In this document: one piece after another, positions 25,580 to 31,358 of the stretch
How positions within the stretch are numbered: the first letter of the stretch is position 1
Layout: each line of letters begins with the position of its first letter
Source of the DNA: an uncultured Alphaproteobacteria bacterium
GTDB taxonomy: Bacteria > Pseudomonadota > Alphaproteobacteria > Rs-D84 > CACZYB01
DNA: 32,000 bases
NCBI GenBank assembly: GCA_934246625.1
Contig: CAKQHZ010000002.1
Span: 120,001 to 152,000, forward strand
Reading direction: 5' to 3'
The notes under the pieces: generated by a model
What the model saw: only the letters and a program-made list of their open reading frames with translations
Databases searched by the model: none
What the model was told of the DNA's origin: nothing
Program-made: the position numbers and the translations under genes

Positions 25580-25710
25580 GTTTCGTTAATAAGAAAAAAG
25601 AATTTGCCGAGACGACCCCTCATTTCGGCAGATCTGGTGAAAGCCAGTAATAATCCCCTAAGTCATTCCCTCCTTATTTTCTCTCTCCTCGACTTGGGGG
25701 ATATTTTTTT
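25580..25710 (+). ncRNA. sRNA candidate 1: about 130 nt, three hairpins, with a terminator hairpin carrying a 26-nt CU-rich (anti-Shine-Dalgarno-like) loop
   Basis: A consensus promoter lies upstream. Hairpins are GCCGA...TCGGC and CTGG tgaaag CCAG. The third stem is TCCCCTAAGTC (25654-25664) / GACTTGGGGGA (25691-25701) around the loop ATTCCCTCCTTATTTTCTCTCTCCTC, followed by a T-run. Confidence 0.5.
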
Positions 25711-25792
25711 GTCGGGACGCCCGAGTAATCTCACAAAGGCAAACTAGAATTTTCTACTAACCCCGTAGAAAATTAAGTTTTTGTTTGTTCGG

Positions 25793-25825
25793 TTTCTCTC
25801 TCCTCGACTTGGGGGATATTTTTTT
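25793..25825 (+). ncRNA. Second copy of the 33-nt CU-rich / GGGGGA / T-run 3' module (3' end of sRNA candidate 2)
   Basis: TTTCTCTCTCCTCGACTTGGGGGATATTTTTTT is identical at 25678-25710 and 25793-25825. A 10-bp hairpin (AATTTTCTAC / GTAGAAAATT) precedes it. Confidence 0.4.
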
Positions 25826-26220
25826 AGTTCAGAAAAGTTAGGATTTGTGAGCTTTTGTTGTGTTTTTGAGGGAAAATAGTCAAATTTGTAAAAAATGTGT
25901 GAAAAATTAGAATTTTCTGTTGAAATTTTGGTTTTAAATTGCTAAAAAAGAATCAGTTTTTGAAAAGATTCTCGAATCGATAGTAAAATTTAAAAAAAAG
26001 AATCGATTCTTGGTGGTTTTTTAAGGTTTTATTTTATAGACAATTTGAAATTGCAAAAAGAATCTTTTAATTTTTAATATGTTGTTTTTACAGCATTCTT
26101 TTTTGTTTTTTGATGGCTAATAAGTTGCCAAAAAAAGAATCTCTTGACTTTTTTTGTCGATTGCTTTAAGAATCGTTGTATGAGGCGAGTGGAAATTTTC
26201 CATTTTGTTTCAAACATATT

Positions 26221-26280
26221 CCCTGTTGCGTTCCTTTTCTCTCCTTTCCTCCTTCTCTCCTCGCAACGGGGGATTTTTTT
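26221..26280 (+). ncRNA. sRNA candidate 3 terminator module with a 31-nt CU-rich loop
   Basis: The stem CCCTGTTGCG (26221-26230) / CGCAACGGG (26262-26270) has one bulge. It encloses TTCCTTTTCTCTCCTTTCCTCCTTCTCTCCT and is followed by GGA and a T7 run. Confidence 0.45.
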
Positions 26281-26554
26281 ATACTTGAGTTTTTTTCTGA
26301 CTGATTCCCTTCGTTAATGTCTCACTTACGATTTGTTAAGATGCTAGTTTTTTGCAGGGTGGCGTGGCAACAAGCTAAGCAAACCTAAAACTTTTCACTA
26401 ATGCCGTTCAAAGTTTAAGGATAGCTATGCTTGGTGTCTCTTCGCAACGGGGGATTTTTTTTATATAATCTCTTCTCAAGATAGTTAAATTTGCATAAAA
26501 TGAAAAAAATAACTTGCGTTTTGGGAAAATATAGGTTATAAACTTGTTATCTTT

Positions 26555-26630
26555 GGCTAGGTAGCTCAGTCGGTAGAGCAAAGGACTGAAAATCCTTGTG
26601 TCGGCAGTTCGATTCTGCCCCTCGCCACCA
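26555..26630 (+). tRNA. tRNA-Phe (anticodon GAA) with encoded CCA
   Basis: A 76-nt cloverleaf was folded by hand. It has D arm GCTC/GAGC, anticodon stem AAGGA/TCCTT with loop CTGAAAA, a 5-nt variable loop, and T arm GGCAG-TTCGATT-CTGCC. The acceptor stem has 6 of 7 pairs (U4-C69 mismatch) and ends ACCA. Confidence 0.85.
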
Positions 26631-26663
26631 TTATTGGTCCCCCGTTTGGGGGATTTTTTATTT

Positions 26664-26969
26664 GTGTCGGCAGTTCGATTGTCCTCGTGATTGAAAATCA
26701 CTCGTTCGTCCCGTAAGCCTAAAACTTCGCCAAAGGCTCGTGTTTAGGCAACTATCGACTCCTGCCCCTCGCCACCACTATTGGTCCCTCATTTGGGGGA
26801 TTTTTTATTTGTGTCGGCAGTTCGATTGTCCTCGTGATTGAAAATCACTCGTTCGTCCCGTAAGCCTAAAACTTCGCCAAAGGCTCGTGTTTAGGCAACT
26901 ATCGACTCCTGCCCCTCGCCACCATTATTGGTCCCCCGCTTGGGGGATTTTTTATTTGTGTCGGCAGTT
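26664..26969 (+). repeat. 147-bp tandem repeat (2 full copies plus a 12-nt stub) made of the tRNA-Phe 3' part interrupted in the T-loop by an 81-bp insert, plus a terminator hairpin
   Basis: GTGTCGGCAGTTCGATT recurs at 26598 (in the tRNA), 26664, 26811 and 26958. Each full unit is this 17-mer, an 81-nt insert, CTGCCCCTCGCCACCA, and CCCCCgtttGGGGG with a T-run. A degenerate older unit lies at about 26290-26470. Confidence 0.9.
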
Positions 26970-27038
26970 TATTGACTTTTAAACCTTCGTTAAATGAGTT
27001 TGATGTCATATAGTTTCTTTGCAAAGTAAGGCAAAACC

Positions 27039-27047
27039 TGTGGATAA
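27039..27047. promoter_or_regulatory. Perfect DnaA-box 9-mer upstream of ftsZ
   Basis: TGTGGATAA is the reverse complement of the consensus TTATCCACA. It lies 91 nt upstream of the ftsZ ATG. It is a single site, so a chance occurrence cannot be excluded. Confidence 0.35.
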
Positions 27048-27079
27048 AAGTTTTTTTTCTTAATTTTTGTTTTCTTTTC

Positions 27080-27108
27080 TTAACATTTGGCTTTTTTTAT
27101 GCTATAGT
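27080..27108 (+). promoter_or_regulatory. Candidate ftsZ promoter
   Basis: TTAACA (27080-27085), a 17-nt spacer, then TATAGT (27103-27108). Confidence 0.35.
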
Positions 27109-27137
27109 TTATTTGAGAAAAAATTAAGGAGAGAGAT

Positions 27138-28820
27138 ATGATAGGAGAAGGAAACTTCGGCTATAATTCACAAAATGATGATGAAATTCAAAATTTTATT
27201 CCACGAATCACTGTAATGGGTGTTGGTGGTGCTGGTTGTAATGCTGTTGGCAATATGATTTCTCAAGGTATTGATGGTGTGGATTTTGTTGTGGCAAATA
27301 CTGATGCTCAATCTTTGATGTTGTCAAAGGCTCCTCGTAAAATTCAACTTGGAAAACAAACTACTCGTGGATTTGGTGCTGGCTCAAAACCAGAAGTTGG
27401 TAAAACTGCGGCTGAAGAATCTTTGAATGAAATTGCAGATGTCGTTAAAAATGCAAATATTCTTTTCTTGACTGGTGGTATGGGTGGTGGAACTGGAAGT
27501 GGTGCTATACCTGTGATTGCATCTGTGGCAAAGGAAAAGGGAATTTTGACTATTGCAATTATTACAACTCCTTTTGATTTTGAAGGTGAAAAGAAAAAAC
27601 GTATTGCAGAGGAGGCAATAGCTGAATTACTTCCTAATGTGGATTGTGTTATTACTTTGCCAAATCAAAATTTGTTCAAGGTTGCGGATAAACAAATGTC
27701 ATTTATCAATGCCTTTAAACTTTCTGATAATGTCCTTTATGAAGGTGTTAGAAATATTACAGATTTGATTATGAAACCTGGTTTGATTAACCTTGATTTC
27801 GCAGATATAAGAACTGTGATGGAAGGTCAGGGAAAAACCATTATTGGAACAAGTGTTCAAAGTGGTGAAGATAGGGCATTGAAAGCAGTGAAGGGTGCTT
27901 TGCTTAATCCTCTTCTTTCTAATGAAAGTATTAGTGGGGCAAAGGGTATTTTGGTAAATATTACTGGTAATGCTGATAATCTTTCTTTGGAAGAAGTTAA
28001 TGATATTATGAATACAATTCGTGCCGATATAAATTCAAATGATGTTAATTTCGGCTTTGGAACTTGCTTTGACCCATCTATGGGTGATAGCTTGAAAGTT
28101 GCTATTATTGCAACTGGTATTAACGGTGATAATGTTAAAACAGATGTAAATACAACAAAAACAGAAGTTAATAATACTTCTTATAATTCATTTAATAATG
28201 TTGCAACTTCTAAACCTTACTCATTTACAAATATTGAAGAAAAAAAAGAAGAAGTTCGTGTTGAGCCAAAACCAATGGAAAAGCCTATGCCTAGTTTTAT
28301 GGAAGAAACAGTTGTAAGTGATAATAAACTTGATAATTTCTTTAAAACCGGTGATGAAAAGGATATTCAAGCCTTTATTGATGAGGAAGCAGAAAAACTT
28401 AATGTCGCAAGTTCTGTTTCAAATGAACTTTTTTCTGATGAAAAAAATAGTATTTTAGATAGTAATGAAGATACTTCTTCTTTGGATAATGTATCTTTGA
28501 ATGGCAATGGTGATGATGACCATGATCCTGAACCACCAAAGGGAAAAAAGAAAAATCCTTTGTCTTCTTTCTTTGATATGATTGGTGAAAAGGATAGTGA
28601 TGATACTTTTTTTGATGATGTGGAAAAAGATGATAATGGTGATGTAAAATTTGAAAATCAATCTGAAATATCAGATAAAAAAGAAGATGATAATGTCGTT
28701 TTCTTGGCTGGAAATTTGGATACAAAGGACCCAGATGATAAGCAAATTGATTTGATGGAAATGATAAAGAAAATGGAAGAAACTTTGGAAATTCCTGCGA
28801 TATTTAAAAAAGGTTCATAA
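27138..28820 (+). CDS. ftsZ: Cell-division protein FtsZ with a long acidic C-terminal linker
   Basis: It has GVGGAGCNAV and the tubulin signature GGMGGGTGSGA. An Asp/Glu/Asn-rich linker of about 230 aa follows. The conserved C-terminal peptide is LEIPAIFKK. Confidence 0.95.
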   Translation: MIGEGNFGYNSQNDDEIQNFIPRITVMGVGGAGCNAVGNMISQGIDGVDFVVANTDAQSLMLSKAPRKIQLGKQTTRGFGAGSKPEVGKTAAEESLNEIADVVKNANILFLTGGMGGGTGSGAIPVIASVAKEKGILTIAIITTPFDFEGEKKKRIAEEAIAELLPNVDCVITLPNQNLFKVADKQMSFINAFKLSDNVLYEGVRNITDLIMKPGLINLDFADIRTVMEGQGKTIIGTSVQSGEDRALKAVKGALLNPLLSNESISGAKGILVNITGNADNLSLEEVNDIMNTIRADINSNDVNFGFGTCFDPSMGDSLKVAIIATGINGDNVKTDVNTTKTEVNNTSYNSFNNVATSKPYSFTNIEEKKEEVRVEPKPMEKPMPSFMEETVVSDNKLDNFFKTGDEKDIQAFIDEEAEKLNVASSVSNELFSDEKNSILDSNEDTSSLDNVSLNGNGDDDHDPEPPKGKKKNPLSSFFDMIGEKDSDDTFFDDVEKDDNGDVKFENQSEISDKKEDDNVVFLAGNLDTKDPDDKQIDLMEMIKKMEETLEIPAIFKKGS

Positions 28821-28840
28821 AAATAATTTTTTAAACTTTG

Positions 28841-28875
28841 TCCCCCTTTGATTTTTTTCAAAGGGGGATTTTTTT
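28841..28875 (+). terminator. Strong intrinsic terminator after ftsZ, 9 nt before the portal-gene Shine-Dalgarno sequence
   Basis: A perfect 11-bp stem (TCCCCCTTTGA 28841-28851 / TCAAAGGGGGA 28858-28868) has a 6-nt loop and a T7 run. AAGGAG lies at 28885-28890. Confidence 0.8.
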
Positions 28876-28895
28876 AACTTAAATAAGGAGTTAAT

Positions 28896-30392
28896 ATGAT
28901 TGAAAAGGAAATTTTTGATAAAAATTTTGTTGATGATGTCTATAACAGATATTTGAATGCAATAGAGAAAAGGTCAGTGTGGGAAAGTTATTGGGAAGAA
29001 TGTTATGAATATGCTTTGCCACAAAAAAGTGGAACTTTTAATGGTGAAAATTTTTCTAATGTAAAGAAAAATACAAATGTTTTTGATTCCACTGCGGAAT
29101 CTGCAGTTGACAGACTTGCAAGTAGTCTTCTTTCCCAACTTACTCCACCATGGTCAAAATGGTTTGGGTTGGAATTTGGTATTGATATAGCTGATGATGA
29201 TAAAAAGGAAAAGTATCTTCAACTTGAAAATATTGAAAAGATTTTGCAATCTCATTTGGATAGGTCAAATTTTTATGTGGAAGCTCATCAATGCTATTTG
29301 GATTTAATTACGGTTGGAACTGCGGTTATGTTATTTGAAGAAAATGCAGTAGGTGAAAATTCCGCATTTAAGTTTACTTCTGTGCCAATGAATGAAGTTG
29401 CGTTTGAAGAAAATACGAATGGAAAGTTGGATACTGTATTTCGTCGTTCTTATGTCTCACTTGCAAATTTAAAAATAAGGTTTGCCAATGTTATTTTTGA
29501 TGAAAAACAACAGGAAATTATTTCCAAAAACCTTGATAAAAAAGTGTATGTGATAGAGGCTGTGTTGCCACGAATAACTTCTTCTGGACAACAGGGATAT
29601 AATTATATTGCGTTTATTGATGATGTAGAAAATATTTTTAATAGCTCTGTTAAAATAATTCTTAAAACAGGAGTATTTGCAAATTCTCCGTTTATTTGTT
29701 TCAGATGGCAAAAGGTTAGTTCTGAAATTTATGGAAGGTCTCCTGTGATGAAGGCTTTGCCAGATATTAAAACCGCAAATAAAGTTGTGGAACTTATTCT
29801 TAAAAATGCGTCTATTGCAGTAAGTGGTATTTGGCAAGCAGATGATGATGGCGTTTTGAATCCGCAAAATATAACTCTTGCTCCAGGAACAATTATTCCA
29901 AAGGCAGTTGGTTCTAGTGGGCTTACTCCACTTAGAAGTGGTGCCGATTTTGATGTTTCTCAGTTGGTATTGTCTGATTTGCGTGCAAAGATAAATCATT
30001 GTTTACTTGTGGATCAATTAGATGTGTCAAATAATTTTAAAATGACTGCAACAGAAGTGATGGAAAGAATAAATCAAATATCTCGTGTGTTGGGGGCAAC
30101 CTATGGCAGACTTCAATCTGAATTTTTGACACCTGTGGTTATTCGTGCAATTTCTATTTTAAAAAGACGTGGTGAAATTTCAGATATACTTGTTAATGGA
30201 TATGAAGTTGATTTGAAATATCAATCTCCACTTGCTCAAAATCAAATTGTTCGTGATGCAGAAAATATTTTGAATTGGATAAAAACTTTGTCAGAAGTGT
30301 GTGGTGATGCAACAAGTGTTATTGATAAAAAAGCGGTTGCGTTATATTTGGGAAAAGTTTTTGGTATTTCAGAACGATTGATTTGTGCATAG
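28896..30392 (+). CDS. Portal / head-to-tail connector protein (T7 gp8-like)
   Basis: VDDVYNRYLNAIEKRSVWESYWEECYEYALP parallels gp8 AKSVYERLKNDRAPYETRAQNCAQYTIP. YGRSPVMKALPDIKTANKV parallels YGRSYIEEYLGDLRSLENL. MTATEVMERINQISRVLGATYGRLQSEFLTPVV parallels VTAEEIRYVASELEDTLGGVYSILSQELQLPLV. Confidence 0.8.
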   Translation: MIEKEIFDKNFVDDVYNRYLNAIEKRSVWESYWEECYEYALPQKSGTFNGENFSNVKKNTNVFDSTAESAVDRLASSLLSQLTPPWSKWFGLEFGIDIADDDKKEKYLQLENIEKILQSHLDRSNFYVEAHQCYLDLITVGTAVMLFEENAVGENSAFKFTSVPMNEVAFEENTNGKLDTVFRRSYVSLANLKIRFANVIFDEKQQEIISKNLDKKVYVIEAVLPRITSSGQQGYNYIAFIDDVENIFNSSVKIILKTGVFANSPFICFRWQKVSSEIYGRSPVMKALPDIKTANKVVELILKNASIAVSGIWQADDDGVLNPQNITLAPGTIIPKAVGSSGLTPLRSGADFDVSQLVLSDLRAKINHCLLVDQLDVSNNFKMTATEVMERINQISRVLGATYGRLQSEFLTPVVIRAISILKRRGEISDILVNGYEVDLKYQSPLAQNQIVRDAENILNWIKTLSEVCGDATSVIDKKAVALYLGKVFGISERLICA

Positions 30393-30402
30393 TGAGGATA
30401 TT

Positions 30403-31281
30403 ATGGAGGAAGATTTTAGCTTGCCTTTTTTGGCTGGGTTTGATGTCCTTAAAATTCCAGTTATTGAAAATGGGATTCCTGTATGGCCTGAAAAATTCCC
30501 GATTGAAAAAATTGAGGAATTAAAGGTTCGGGTTGGAATGACAAAATTTTCTTCGCAAATGCTACTTAATCCTGTGCAATTAAATAAAGGGCGATTTGAT
30601 ATAAACAAGTTAAAATTTTATAATTCTGATTTGTGTGTAGAGGAACATAATCACCTTTTGACCTTTACAATAAATGGTAAAAAAGTTGTCAGTTGTTCGT
30701 GTTGGTGGGATCCTTCGTATGGTTCAATCGGTGGTGATGGAAGTGTTATATCTGTTGTCTTTATTGATGTGGAAGGGCATTACTATCTTCATGACATAAA
30801 ATATCTTTATCATTCGGATAAGAAAAAGGAAGAAATTCAATCGGCATTGGAACAATGTCAGCAGGTTGGTGAGTTTGTTAAGGCAAACTATATACCTTCG
30901 GTTTATGTTGAAACGAATGGTATTGGTAAATTTTTACCAGAGTTTTTAAGAAATGAGTTTTTGAAAATGGGAATTTCCGCTGGGGTTGTTGAAAAGGTTT
31001 CTAGGGTTTCAAAAAATCTTAGGATTTTAGATGCTTTTGATGTGATTACTTCGGCAGGATATTTATATGTTAATGAAAAGGTGAAAAATACCCCTTGGGT
31101 TGCGGAATTTTGTGATTGGGGTGTTGATTCAAAAGCTCATGATGATGGACTTGATAGTGTGGCTGGTGCAATTTCGTCTGTGCCAGCCAAGTTGCCTATT
31201 TCTGTGTTGGCAAAACAAAGAAAAGTAAGTTTTGCAGGGAAAACGTATAGGGTAAAGACAAATTTTGATATAGACTTTTGA
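30403..31281 (+). CDS. Large terminase, C-terminal half (ATPase lid region plus RNase-H-like nuclease domain)
   Basis: It has its own GAGGA ribosome-binding site and ATG 30403; the track start is GTG 30385. It has WPEKFPIEKIEELKVRVGMTKFSSQMLLNP and nuclease motifs WWDPSYGSIGGDGSVISVVF, VYVETNGIG and AHDDGLDSVAGA. It continues where ORF 24876-25484 stops. Confidence 0.75.
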   Translation: MEEDFSLPFLAGFDVLKIPVIENGIPVWPEKFPIEKIEELKVRVGMTKFSSQMLLNPVQLNKGRFDINKLKFYNSDLCVEEHNHLLTFTINGKKVVSCSCWWDPSYGSIGGDGSVISVVFIDVEGHYYLHDIKYLYHSDKKKEEIQSALEQCQQVGEFVKANYIPSVYVETNGIGKFLPEFLRNEFLKMGISAGVVEKVSRVSKNLRILDAFDVITSAGYLYVNEKVKNTPWVAEFCDWGVDSKAHDDGLDSVAGAISSVPAKLPISVLAKQRKVSFAGKTYRVKTNFDIDF

Positions 31282-31300
31282 TTTTTTAGACAAATTATTA

Positions 31301-31329
31301 TTGACAAATAATGTTTTTAAGTTTATATT
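31301..31329 (+). promoter_or_regulatory. Sigma70-type promoter
   Basis: TTGACA (31301-31306), a 17-nt spacer, then TATATT (31324-31329). Confidence 0.5.
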
Positions 31330-31358
31330 TAAGCTATATTTAATAAAGAGGTCAAAAT

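Noticed and set aside
25565-26701. Track ORFs 25565-25747 (+) and 26408-26701 (-) could be protein-coding genes.
   Set aside because: They have no ribosome-binding site. They run through terminator hairpins, CU-rich repeats and, in antisense, the tRNA-Phe gene. The region is better explained as RNA genes and repeats.
26598-26969. The regularly spaced repeats after the tRNA could be mistaken for a CRISPR array.
   Set aside because: The period is 147 bp. The whole unit, including the supposed spacer, is repeated almost identically. The repeats are pieces of tRNA-Phe. No cas genes are present in the window.
26979-26993. TTAAaccttcgTTAA matches the CtrA box TTAA-N7-TTAA upstream of ftsZ.
   Set aside because: In DNA this AT-rich, TTAA-N7-TTAA should occur several times per strand in 32 kb by chance, by a rough composition estimate. 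It lacks the trailing C of the full consensus. I noted it but do not treat it as evidence.
27138-28820. The ftsZ inside a phage-like cluster could be a phage tubulin (PhuZ/TubZ-like).
   Set aside because: The sequence has the canonical FtsZ N-terminal core and GGGTGSG signature. It also has a disordered linker and the FtsA/ZipA-binding-type C-terminal peptide (LEIPAIFKK). It looks like cellular FtsZ, not a divergent phage tubulin.
25485-30402. An intron or intein could explain the split terminase.
   Set aside because: The intervening 4.9 kb contains independent genes (tRNA, ftsZ, portal) with their own ribosome-binding sites, promoters and strong terminators. The first half ends at a genuine stop codon, and the second half has its own Shine-Dalgarno sequence and ATG.
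25489-30419. An 8-bp direct repeat GATTTTAG lies just after the terminase ATPase half (25489-25496) and just inside the nuclease half (30412-30419). It could be a site for programmed excision that restores terL.
   Set aside because: Recombination there would leave the TAG stop at 25482-25484 upstream of the junction, so the gene would not be restored. An AT-rich 8-mer match is also expected by chance.
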